Shown piece by piece: positions 40,270 through 51,870 of a DNA stretch of 64,000 nt. The notes under the pieces are model-generated. The model worked only from the letters and a program-made list of their open reading frames with translations, did no database searches and had not been told where the DNA came from. Made by a program: the position numbers and the translations under genes. The number at the start of each line of letters is the position of its first letter. The first letter of the stretch is position 1. Source of the stretch: Lama guanicoe. Taxonomy: Eukaryota. The stretch spans positions 648,934 through 712,933 of the forward strand of contig MU053520.1 of the NCBI GenBank assembly GCA_013239625.1, given 5' to 3'.

Positions 40270-40550
40270 TCTGGCCACAGGGGTTGGCACAGGACCAGGG
40301 CTTGGCCGGTTAGAAAACTGATATCCCTGATTCTCTGGTTTTGACTCAAAGAGGAGCACATGCTTCAAGAGGAACCCATGAAAGCCATCTACCAGCTTTG
40401 CTAGAAATATTCGGAAGGGGAAGTTTTGTTTCCACTTAAATTGTTAATCAAAAAGAGATGGGCCTTTTGCAGTTGGTGGCTATGTTTACAAAAATCTACC
40501 TGAGGATGGATGCAAACACAGATGAAAACAGAAGGCAAAGATGGAGAAAC
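40270..40550 (+). mobile_element. Old MaLR LTR fragment (MLT1J/K-like)
   Basis: CTCTGGCCACAGGGGTTGG...CTACCTGAGGATGGATGCAAACACAGATGAAAACAGAAG...GATGGAGA. Confidence 0.55.
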
Positions 40551-40564
40551 AATGATATATGTGG

Positions 40565-40915
40565 CTTTCTTCTCTCGCTCTGGTCCAGCCACACTGCCCT
40601 CATTTCTATTCCTCTGACATGCAGGACATGGTCCCTCTTCACGCCCCTGCACTTCTTAGTCCTCTGTCTGTGATGCTCTCCCACTGGATACCCATACGGC
40701 TATTTTCTGACTTCTTCAAGGTCTTCCTTTATATATAAATAGACAAGTGGCTGTTACTGGGACTGTCACACACATCACCACTTTTCCTGCTTTATTTTTC
40801 TCCATAGCACCTCTCCTCCTATAATGAATCACATCTTTAAAAAAATATATTATCTTGTTAATGATTGATCTCACTCAGTAAAATGAAAGCTACTTAAAGG
40901 CAAATATATTTATCT
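40565..40915 (+). mobile_element. L2a 3' region
   Basis: TCCAGCCACACTGCCCTC...TGATGCTCTCCCAC...CCTGCTTTATTTTTCTCCATAGCAC. Confidence 0.75.
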
Positions 40916-42319
40916 ATCTTTAATTAGAGAAATAAAATGCTTCAGTTATGTTTGAAAGGAAACAGACTGCATAGTTTGTGGGAAAGTAAAAGGGTTTTGT
41001 CTTACTCAGAAGGGTTTTTCCATTGAGGGTTATAGATATAGAAAAAGCCCACGTAGAATGTGCTGAGGAAACAAAATATGCTAAGTAGAGAGGTATATGA
41101 TTGAGAGTATGCATAAGAACACAGCATGCTCTACTTCAGAGAAGCTTTGATATCATGTTGTAAAGGACTTAATGGGTAAGGGTGGTATAAGAAAGGGGCC
41201 ATCTTATATTGATAATATGTGTACAGACACACAAACACGGAGGAAATTACAAGCCATTAGAATGACTGCAAGAGTGTGCCATTTCTGCATCACTTTTAGA
41301 ATGAGGTGCTGGGGTTTTTTATATTACCACTAGAAAACCATCTTGTGACCTCTTCACCTGAGTAGCATGACTTAAATTCATTTATTATGTTAGTGATATT
41401 TAGAGTCTCATAAAATTGCTGGAGGAGCTTGTGCAGAACAATTTTGATTATAGGCTCAATGAAATTATACCACAAGCTATTGAAGAGCAGAGATTTACTG
41501 AATTTCAAATTTACACTATGAGGGTATTTAACAGTTTTGAATGATTGAATGAATCAATACATGAGTATATACACCTGTATACTCGTGGTTTAATCTTACA
41601 TTTATGAAAACAAATTGTAAAATCTATTAAAGATAATGCCAATACTAATGACATTTCTGGCAGTAGTGGATTTTGATGTATATTTTCAGAGGTATCAAGA
41701 TTCCTTTCTGGTCATCTTTAAACTTATTTCTTTAAAATATAAATCTTAATCATATTCTAGTGTAAAATATTTTTTCTAAATAAGTCATAATCTTTCCATG
41801 ATAAGAGACTAGGAACAAAAACAGCATGTTTTTGTACACCAAAGTATTGAACACTTTGAAAAATAAAGACTGCAATTTCAGCTTGTGTTACTATATGTCA
41901 AGCGATACTTTAAATGTATATTTTTATTCTCTTGGAATAGTTTCTTGTGTTTCTAAAAACGTGATAAGTTTTACAAATTTGCTTTTCTAAGTCCACTTGT
42001 TTTTTGAATACAATCTAAAATGTAGGTCGGTAAATGCTTCTTTTTAGGAAAAATGTTTTCAGAGCAAGAATAAAGAACTTAAGTCTATAACATAAAGGGG
42101 ATGAATTGGCAGCACTTTGAGGTTTTGTTTGTTTCAGTTTGTTTCATTTTCTTTTTAATAATAATATATATTGAACTCTATTCCAATGGGGTATTTTTAT
42201 AATGTTCCTACTTTGAAGATTTCCAATGAATTTGCTTACCTTTGAGAATGGATTCTGAATCAGTTGACTGAATATAGACCCATTACACAGACATATTGAC
42301 ACACACAGAGAGCATAGTG

Positions 42320-42482
42320 TAGTGCTGTGTGTCTCAAGTTGAATGTGCACATGAATCACCTGGGGAGTCTCATTAATGAAGATTCTGATTTAGGAGGTCT
42401 GGTTCAGGGCCTGGATTCTGCAACCCTAACAAACAATATCCATACTGCTGCTCCACAGACCACACTTTGAGCAACAGGGCTT
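42320..42482. mobile_element. MER5A-like hAT-Charlie MITE
   Basis: TCTCAAGTTGAATGTGCACATGAATCACCTGGGGAG...GATTCTGATT...GACCACACTTTGAGCAAC. Confidence 0.75.
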
Positions 42483-43117
42483 ACTTGCATAAGTATATAA
42501 GTGTAAGCCCCAATATGCTTTCACTTCAGAGTTCTTTATATGATTTCTCCATTGCCCTTTTATTTTTAATATTACAGAAGAAAAAGCTTAAAACTTTATG
42601 TTCCCTAATCTTCTTACTGTTCTTTCTGATTCATACTTTTCTTATGAGGATGACACTAGGTTTCTTTATCTTGAAGCCCTAAACTTTCTTCCAGCTACAT
42701 CCAAATATGTTTCCAAATAATTCCACCTGCTAGTCAAATAGACTTTTATCTAAAGAATCAAGGCTTTCCATTTTTCCCTTAATACTTTAAAACTATTTTT
42801 CTATTATTTTTCAATATTCTGCAATTTCATTGGATTGCCAGATGCTATGATTCAAGTTGTTTGTCTTTTTTCTTTTTATTTATTGTTAATTCTTTTTTGT
42901 TCCTAAGTTCTAGCAGAATTACAGAAATATGACTTTTTATTTGAACTTTCGCTATTCTGAATTTAGTAAAGTTGTATTTTTTCCTGCTGTCTTATTTTCT
43001 TCTTTGTAATTATCCTAGTAAGGGGACCAGTATTGGTTTGTTTTCCATAGATTTAATTTTTTCATAAATGTGAGATTAAAACAAAAGAGCAAATATGTTT
43101 TTATATATATATATTCT

Positions 43118-43633
43118 TAGGGTAAGAATATCACTGTATTTTTCTTATACAGGCATTGTTTTTTTGTAGAGCATCAACATTTTCCACTTAAAAATAAAAG
43201 AATAAAAGATTCACAAAGCTTACAACTGGATCACTTGGTCATTTCTCTTCTTATCTCCTCTGAGTTCAAAATGCTTGCAGATCCTCTTGGATCTGCAGGT
43301 GGGTTCAACACATTTAGGTCTCAACACGATCTTCTTTGTGGTTTTAGCCTTCTTCTGGAAAACTGGCTTTGTTTGCCTGCCATAGCCACTCTGCTTCCTA
43401 TCATAGCATGTGTTTCCTGGGGCACACAGGGAATCCTTACCCTTCTCAAAATGGATCAGGTTGTGATGCTGATGCTTTCCACAATTCTTAGAGGAACTTC
43501 TTCAGATTTTAGGTATGTTGACCATTTTTGTGGTAGAGCTGTCTTCACGATGGGAACTAGTGCAGCCCAGGTACTGGGCACTGAGGCCTCTGACAGGGAC
43601 TGCTACCACCATGCACTCGGCTTACCAGGAAGC
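43118..43633 (-). pseudogene. RPL36AL: Processed pseudogene of ribosomal protein eL42 (RPL36AL-type); CDS remnant 43220-43525
   Basis: Minus strand reads [20 protein letters not shown]...[10 protein letters not shown]...[61 protein letters not shown]. It is intronless, has TGA at codon 8 (43502-43504) and is 15 nt shorter than a 106-aa eL42 CDS. The 3' UTR ends AAATACAGTGATATTCTTAC and the 5' UTR starts CTTCCTGGTAAGCCGAG, both resembling RPL36AL mRNA as recalled. Confidence 0.92.
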
Positions 43634-43644
43634 TCAATGTCCAT

Positions 43645-43676
43645 GATATGTATAGATAGATAGATAGATATTGATA

Positions 43677-43710
<34 letters not shown>

Positions 43711-43730
43711 GATATATACACACATATATC
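43645..43730. repeat. Compound (GATA)n(TC)n(TA)n microsatellite at the pseudogene/L1 junction
   Basis: seen directly. Confidence 0.95.
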
Positions 43731-46080
43731 TCAATAGATACAGAAGAAAATTTGATAAAATTCAACACGCATTTATGGTAAAAACTCTTACCTAAGTGGA
43801 TATGGACAGAACACATCTCAACATAATAAAAGCTATTTATGACAAACCTATAGCAGGCATAATACTCAATGACGAAAAGCTGAAAGCTTTTCCACTAAAA
43901 TCTGGAACAAAACAAGGATGCCCACTCTCACCACTTCTATCCAATATGGTATTGGAAGTCCTAGCCATAGCATTTAGGCAAGAAAAAGAAATAAAATGGA
44001 TTCAAAGTGGAAGAGAAGCAATTGTCATTATATGAGGATGATATGATACTTTATACCGAAAACCCTAAAAGCTCCACATAAAAACTATTAGAGCTAATAA
44101 AACTATTTGACAAGGAAGCATGATACAAGGTTAACATACAGAAATCACTGGCATTTCTTTACACTAACAATAATATCTGAAGGAAAGTAAAGAAGTAATC
44201 CCTTTTAAAATTTAATCCAAAAAAATAAAATACTTAAGAATAAATCTGACCAAGGAAGTGATAGACTTATATGTAGAGAACTACAAGACATCGATTAAGA
44301 AAAGTAAAGATGACTTAAAGAACTGGAAAGACACCTCATTTTCTTGGATTGTAAGAATTAATATTCTTAAAATGGCCATACTACCCAAAATAATCTACAT
44401 ATTTAATGTGATTAAATTACCCAGGATAGTTTTCACAGAACTGGAAGAAATAATCCTAAAATTTATATAGAATCACAAAAGACCCAGAACTGTCAAAGCA
44501 GTACTGAATAAAAAGGATGAAGCTGAAGGAATAACCCACCCAGACTTCAGAAAATACTACAGAGCTACAGTAATCAAAACAGCATGGTATTGGTACAAAA
44601 ACAGACATATGGATCAATGGAATAGAATAGAGAGCCCATAAATAAATCCACACCCTTTTGGTCAATTTATCTTTTACAAAATAGGCAAAAACACATAATG
44701 GACTAAAGACAATCTCTTCAGAAATGGTATTAGGAAAACTGGACAGCTGTATGTAAATCAATGAAGTTAGAATACTCCCTCACACCATACACAAAAATAA
44801 ACTCAAAATGGCTTAAAGACTTCAACATAAGACAAGACACAATAACCTCTTAGAAGAAAACTTAGGCAAAACATTATCCTACATAAATCTCAGCAATGTT
44901 CTACTAAGATAATCTACCCAAACAATAAAACTAAAAGCAAAAATAAACAAATGGGTCCTAATTAAACTTATAAGCTTTTGCACAGCAAAGGAAACCATAA
45001 GCAAAACAAAAAGACAACCTACAGAATGGGAGCAAATATTTGCAAAAGATGAGACTGACAAGTGTTTAATTTCCAGAATATGTAAATGGCTCACACAACT
45101 TAATAGCCAAAATACAAATAACCCAATCCAAAAATGGGCAGAAGACCTAAGTAAGTAATTCTTCAATGAAGAAATACAAATGATCAATAGGTACATGGAA
45201 AAATGCTCAATATCTCTAATTATCAGAGAAATGCAAATCAAAACTACAATGAGGTATCACCTCACAATAGTGAGAATGGCCATCATTCAAAAGTCTACAA
45301 ACCATAAATGCTGGAGAGGGTGTGGAGAAAAGGGAACCCTCCTACACTTCTGGTGGAATGTAGTTTGGTGCAGCCGCTGTGGAAAACAGTATGGAGATTC
45401 CTCAAAAGACTAAAAATAGACTTACCATATGATCCAGCAAGCTCACATCTGGGCGTATATCCAGAGGGAACTTTAATTAAAAAGATACATGCACCCCAAT
45501 GTTCATAGCAGCACTATTTACAGTAGCCAAGACATGGAAACAACCTAAATATCCATGATATGATGACTGGATAAAGAAGTTGTGGTATATTTTTACAGTA
45601 AAATACTACTTAGCCATAAAAAAAATAAAATGATGCCATTTGCAGCAATAAGGATGGACCTGCAGAATGTCATTGTAAGTGAAGTAAGCCAGAAAGAGAC
45701 AGAAAAATACCATACGATATCACTTATATATAGACTCTTAAAAAAAAAAAGACAAACTTATTTATAAAACAGAAACAGACTCACAGACATAGAAAACAAT
45801 CTTATGGTTACCTAGGGGGCAGGGGGTTTGGAAGAGATAAATTGGGAGTTCAAGATTTGTAGATACTAACTATTATATACATACATGCAATAAACAACAA
45901 GTTTTTACTATATAGCTCAGGGAACTATATTCAATATCGTATAGTAACTTATGGTTGAAAAGAATATGAAAATGAATATATATATGTTCCTGTATGACTG
46001 AAGTGCTGTACGCCAGAAATTGACACAATGTTGTAAACTGACTGTACTTTGGTAAAAATATATTTTTTAAAAATTAAGAA
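43728..46080 (+). mobile_element. 5'-truncated L1 (RT domain to 3' UTR); may start at ~43641
   Basis: ISIDTEENLIKFN/FDKIQH-like start; [22 protein letters not shown]-terminal domain; 3' UTR GAAATTGACACAATGTTGTAAACTGACTGTACTT. Confidence 0.95.
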
Positions 46081-47335
46081 AATCACCTCTTTGATAATTT
46101 TTTATCATTATTTTATAAAATTTATATCTAGTTACAGAATTTCAAGAACTGAATTTATAATTGCTATATTCTTATTTTACACAATTACTCCTCTGCAACT
46201 CTACAAATAATTTTCAAAGTAGATAGCAATCAATATATTGTCACCCCATAGATAAGAGAGTTTAATCTAAGATTTGGTGCTTGTTTATACAATGGTTTGT
46301 GAGTCTTCATGAAGTAAATAAATTAGAGGCTGTCCTCAGTAATTATAAATTCAATTATTACATTTCTATAATTTTTTGATAAATGAAAAATCTCATAAAT
46401 TAGTCCAAAAAGAATTTTCTAGTTTATAATTGGATACTGCCAGGGAGGTTAAAAACATAAAAAAACAGAGAGAGAGAAAAAGAGATCTCTGATGGAAGAA
46501 AGTGTGGCTCCTTTTAGTCAAGTGTACTAAAGGAGGTTATTTTGGGAGAAAAATGGTTGAATTTCCAGTTTTGTAGTCATGTTATTTCAGCCATTGTGCT
46601 TTTAAGAACTTAGACTTTTAATTTTTTCTTTTACAAATGTTAGAAAAGAATAGACAAGTGATCATATTTGAGAAAAATATACATATATACCTAATTTCTA
46701 AAGAATTTTGGATTAGAACTAAATAATTATGGGTAGCTATTCAAAAGTATTCACTATCAGAATGATTATGAGCTCTTGTGTGTCTTATTTGTGTGAAGAC
46801 TGTTAATTTTGATGAAGTTTTGTTTCTTTTCCCAAAGTTTGGTACTCATCAGTTATTAAATATTTTAAAAACCTAAATGTCTCAAAAGACTACATTGTAA
46901 CGTCAATGTTATGCTGTTTTTTAGGAAATCAAGTCCTGACAGTTTTCTCAAATTGTAGCCACAGTATATATATTTTTTATCCTTCGATAATAAGTTTGCT
47001 ATCTGGTGATTATAACACATCCATAAGTTAAGGAAATCAAAATCCAGCTCTCTAAAAGCATTTCGATCAATATAATCAAGGCAGTGGAGTGGTGAGGTGA
47101 GCTCATGCAAAAGTCTTCTAGAAAGACAATATGATCCCCAGTTCTTTTATCTTTGACACATGAATATACTAATGTTCTTCCCACTTTTTTTTCTGCCTTA
47201 TCATAATTGCTACATATCCTAGACTGCCTGAAATATTTGCAAGCTTCTAAACTTAAGAACTAAAAATGTTTCAGGCCTTTTCTAGAGTCTCTTTCCAACA
47301 GTACTGATGTGTCTTCTGTATTCATGATTATGCAC

Positions 47336-47656
47336 TGAGGGATCAACATGTTTCTGTCAATATTTAGTAAAGACATTAAATATTTTAGGCCTTGTGGGCC
47401 ATGAGATGTGTGTTGCCAGTACTCAAATCTACCACTGATTTGACAAAATCAGCCACAGGCAATACATAAATAAATCAGTACCTGTGTTTCAATAAAACTT
47501 TATTTATGAATAATAAAATTTGAATTTCATATGATTTTTAAACATCATGTAATATTATTTTTTCTTTTTTTTCCAATAATTTAAAAATATAAACACTACT
47601 CTTAGCTTGTGGGCCATACAAAACAGGCTGGCAGTGGTCCATAGTTTGGAGCTCTG
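47336..47656. mobile_element. MER58B-like hAT-Charlie MITE
   Basis: AAATATTTTAGGCCTTGTGGGCCAT...TGTGTTTCAATAAAACTTTATTTATG...CTTAGCTTGTGGGCCATACAAAACAGGC...CCATAGTTTG. Confidence 0.8.
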
Positions 47657-48019
47657 TTTCATCTTATCTGCCCAAGACATCCTTATTAACAAATCCAACA
47701 AAATTACAAATTGAAAATTACAGATTATCTGTTTTTCCTTTTAGAGTTACTCAAAAACCATGAGAAACACAAGTATTACATGTACAGACTGCTAAGGATC
47801 TATTTACTCTTTGTGAGGAATTTGAAATGAAAACAACCCCCAGCCCTCTTCCTTGATCACATATCCCAATGAAATAAGTACAATGACATGAGCTGTCACC
47901 TGGGCAAAGTGTGCTGACATTAGGCTAAGACCATCCATGGCATCAATTTCAAAATAGGAGTGAATTTGTCACTACATATAAATGCACACTGTCCTTTGTT
48001 TAGCACATCTTGCATGTAC

Positions 48020-48320
48020 GCATCCATTCAACCAGTACTTATTAAGCTCTTATTATGCGGCAAGCTTAGTGTTAGGAGCAGGGAACACTGTTTGCCTTTA
48101 AGGTGCTTATGTTTTAATGAAAGACTGCTTTAGAAAAGAGAAAAGAAACTACCCTCCCAAGAAAAACAAATAAATTAAAGAGTTAAATTTATAAATATTA
48201 TAAAGAAATTGAGTAATGGACTGAAAAAATATAAAAATAAGGTTGGAGTTCCTTTAGATAGCATGGTTAGATGAAGTAGTTCTGAGGAAATGGCAATTAA
48301 GGTAGAATCTTGCAACTGTT
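48020..48320 (-). mobile_element. L2 fragment
   Basis: CATCCATTCAACCAGTACTTATTAAGCTC...TGCCTTTAAGGTGCTTA. Confidence 0.55.
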
Positions 48321-48329
48321 TCCCGTTAG

Positions 48330-48510
48330 AGCTGCTCTAACAACATGGATTATCCCTTTTAATTCTCATAGAAACTTTATGACAAAAGAAGATATTAAAG
48401 GCCAGGGAAGTTTAATTTTCCAATACCACAGAACAGTAAGTCCTGGTCAAATCATCATTTGAACCCAAGTGACTTAATTCAAAGTGGACATGCTTAAACT
48501 AAACCACCTC
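48330..48510 (-). mobile_element. MIR fragment
   Basis: TTTAATTCTCATAGAAACTTTATGA...ATTTGAACCCAAG. Confidence 0.5.
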
Positions 48511-50067
48511 ACCCCATTATTCCAATAGAACACGAATCAGTCATAGGCCATTCTCTAGCAATAACTTCTGGATAAATTCTGTAATTTCTTGTTTCATATC
48601 GCTGCCATTCCTGGTACACTTCTATTCTAAAGACCACATTTCTACAATAAATGTGTTATACATTCTGTTGGGTTGAATCTAGTCTTAGACTCAAGCAACT
48701 TAGCATATGAATGCTACAACCATGGTATAATCAATCTAAAATTTAAATTTTGGAGGACAATCTTACATGCCTTATCTCTAATATCTTATGAGAAGTCAAT
48801 CTCATAAAAACACACAGGAGTGTGTTTTTGATATTTTATTCAAATCCTCTTATTCTTGCCAGGTAGAGGTCTAAACTTATTCTCATTTATTTTCTGTTCA
48901 TGTTTCTGTATTCATTGCACAGAAGATTCTTAATACAGTTGCCAATACTGCATAGTAGTCATTATCCTCAAAGGTACTAAAGATGAATCTTAATGCTAAC
49001 ACAAATATTGAATTGCTTCTATTATTTGTTTATGTATTCCACTGATTCTCCCTGCAGTGGCAAAATTTGGGACGCTGGTCAACTCTCCCTAGGTTACTAT
49101 TTGAAGTTGTAGTTTTATCTGTTTTGTTATTCCCTGGTTTGAATACACATTGATTTTAAGTGAGTTCACAGCCTCTTACAAGTCCTCAAGTTTATTATAC
49201 TTGATGCTTAGTATAACAACATTGATTTCCTAACCAAACATTTTAACTTCCCTGTGTGGATATATTGAGCAAAAGACTTGGGAGCATATGTTTCTATTAT
49301 TTCCTTCAGATAGTAGGCAATGAAAGATCAGTACAAACCCTGGGTTCCCACTTGTAATTTATTTACATGAGGCACCTGATACTCAGTTGAAGAAAACAGC
49401 AGCATTGCACTTCCTATAACATCTCCAATTAGACAAAAGGCTAAGCAGCAGGGAAGTAGTGAATAATTCTGAGGCATGCTAGGTTATAATGCAAACTCTT
49501 TCCAAGGCAAACTCCATCCCTGGGTCCCTTGAAAGTCAGAGTTCATCCAACACATGAGAATTTACTATAACCTGCTTCCTAATGGAGCATTTCCCAGAAG
49601 ACTTGCACAAAAGAAATCCAGAACTAAAAACACTACACCAGAGCATAAGCTGGCAAGACATAGCTTTGCAGATTTCCCTCCTTGGAGGAAACAAAAAAGT
49701 AGATTGAAGGTGGATTATTTTTTATTTTATTTTATAATTATTATTATTTCTCTTTCAGTTGTTGACATCATGTAAAAATGGTTATCCTTGCCTCAGATTA
49801 CTTATACAATACTCTGAAAATGTGATACATTTTGCAGTCTTCTTGTCTGCTCACAGAATTTATGTTTTAAAAATTTTATGTAATATGAGTGCTTACATAA
49901 ATAACATTCAAGATATATATTTTGCAAATAATACAGAAAAGTTTTCAAGGATTTTTTAAAAATTTGCATTTACCCTATGCCATAAGGAACTTGTACAAAA
50001 TATGTGGTAGGTATATGGAAAGTCAGTGACCTGTGCATATATGCAGGCTGAGTTGTGTCTCCCCAAA

Positions 50068-50434
50068 NNNNNNNNNNNNNNNNNNNNNNNNNNNNNNNNN
50101 NNNNNNNNNNNNNNNNNNNNNNNNNNNNNNNNNNNNNNNNNNNNNNNNNNNNNNNNNNNNNNNNNNNNNNNNNNNNNNNNNNNNNNNNNNNNNNNNNNNN
50201 NNNNNNNNNNNNNNNNNNNNNNNNNNNNNNNNNNNNNNNNNNNNNNNNNNNNNNNNNNNNNNNNNNNNNNNNNNNNNNNNNNNNNNNNNNNNNNNNNNNN
50301 NNNNNNNNNNNNNNNNNNNNNNNNNNNNNNNNNNNNNNNNNNNNNNNNNNNNNNNNNNNNNNNNNNNNNNNNNNNNNNNNNNNNNNNNNNNNNNNNNNNN
50401 NNNNNNNNNNNNNNNNNNNNNNNNNNNNNNNNNN
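50068..50434. other. Assembly gap (367 N)
   Basis: run of N. Confidence 1.
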
Positions 50435-51129
50435 ACTTACTGTCAAACAAATCTTTCATAAGGTATGATGAAGAAGGTCAGTAGTCCTGGGCCCCGAGAG
50501 TTGGGGAAAGACAAAAAGGGGCAGTAAACCAAGGATTTAGCCAGTAGTTTCTGGGCTGGCCTACCAGATGGCAATAAAATCAGTCCAGGGGCATATGACT
50601 AGTGACTCTCCAAAGCACCTCTATCATCCAGCCGGAGTGGAACTGTCCTCTCTCTCTTTATATTAGAACCTTTATTCCGATTTTCCCTTCTGTGAGCAGC
50701 TTTGCATCCTTAAGAATTATTTGAATTATTTTTACTTTAGCAGGTTATAGTTGCATAACAAATATTTAAGAGAAAAAGAGAAGCATCCCCAGAGCAAGCT
50801 CCACATGCAAGCCAAGAGAAGTATTAGCATTTCTTACTGTTTCCTTTAGGAAGATAATATGTGATGATTGGACAGTTTCTTGACATACTGCTGTCACTTT
50901 TTGTTCATTTTTACTGAGTAATTAAGTCTATACCAGCAAAAAGACTTGGTATATTATAGTCAGAGTCACATCTTAATGGATTCACCAGGGGAAACATAAA
51001 ATACTTTGTAAACACAGACGAGGTGTTCTCGCCTGTTATCATAATCAGCAAGATTTCCAGAGGTATTATTTTTATGCTTTAGCTAGTGAAGCTTGTTTCA
51101 AAGGGTATACATGGCAGTGATTTCAAAAA

Positions 51130-51193
51130 TGGGAAGAAAACAAAAGAGAGAGAGAGAGAGAAAGAAAGAAAGAAAAAAGAAAGAAAGAAAGAA

Positions 51194-51240
<47 letters not shown>

Positions 51241-51458
51241 GGAGAAAGGGAGAAAGGGAGAAAGAAAGAAAGGGAGAAAGGGAGAAAGGGAGAAAGAAAG
51301 AGAAAGAAAGAAAGGAAGGAAGGAAGAAAGGAAGAAAGAAAAGTAAGGAAGGAAGAAAGAAAAGGAAGGAAGAAAGAAAGGAAAGAGGGAAGGAAGAAGG
51401 AAAAGGGAGAGAGGAGGCAGGGAGAAAGAAAGAAGAAGGGAAAAGAAGGGAAGGAAAT
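51130..51458. repeat. Polypurine (GAAA)n/(GGAA)n/(GGGAGAAA)n tract
   Basis: About 330 bp of almost pure purine on the + strand. Confidence 0.97.
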
Positions 51459-51467
51459 AATGGAAAG

Positions 51468-51690
51468 GTGGATCTTGAAATCAGGCTGCCTGCATTCCAA
51501 TACGACTCTACCACTTAACCAGAATCTGTGGCATCTGTGGCAAATAACAGTCTTTCTGAGTGTTTGTAAACATGAGGAAAGTAATAAAAAATACCTCTGA
51601 AGTTTATTTAATATTAAGTGAGGTAAACCCTAGAAAGCATTCACCATAGTGTCTGATTGGTGCTAAGTGATAAATATGTGTGGGCTGCTA
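51468..51690 (+). mobile_element. MIR SINE
   Basis: AAATCAGGCTGCCTGCATTCCAATACGACTCTACCACTTA...ATTAAGTGAGGTAA...CATAGTGTCTGA. Confidence 0.65.
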
Positions 51691-51739
51691 ATATAATTTT
51701 ATAAAAATAATTGCTACTTTGTCTTTTATCTAAACTATT

Positions 51740-51870
51740 TGTGTCTATTATCTAGAAGACAAGAAATAACAAGTGTTGGCAAGGATGTAGAGAAAAGTGT
51801 ACCCTTGTGCACTGTTGGTGAGAATGTAAATTGGTGCAACCACTATGGAAAATAGTATGGAAGTACTCAA
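51740..51870 (+). mobile_element. Older L1 ORF2 C-terminal fragment
   Basis: AAATAACAAGTGTTGGCAAGGATGTAGAGAAA...GGTGAGAATGTAAATTGGTGCAACCACTATGGAAAATAGTATGGA. Confidence 0.85.

Noticed and set aside
43235..43663. 142-aa plus-strand ORF
   Set aside because: Antisense shadow of the RPL36AL pseudogene
49956..50484. Long ORFs containing X (also at 32273-32789 and 37489-37851)
   Set aside because: Artefacts of reading through N gaps
51086..51518. Several K/E/R-rich and F/L/S-rich ORFs
   Set aside because: Translations of the purine microsatellite
51740..51870. Twin-priming 5' inversion of the adjacent L1
   Set aside because: Fragment is on the poly-A side, not the 5' end, and looks like an older subfamily
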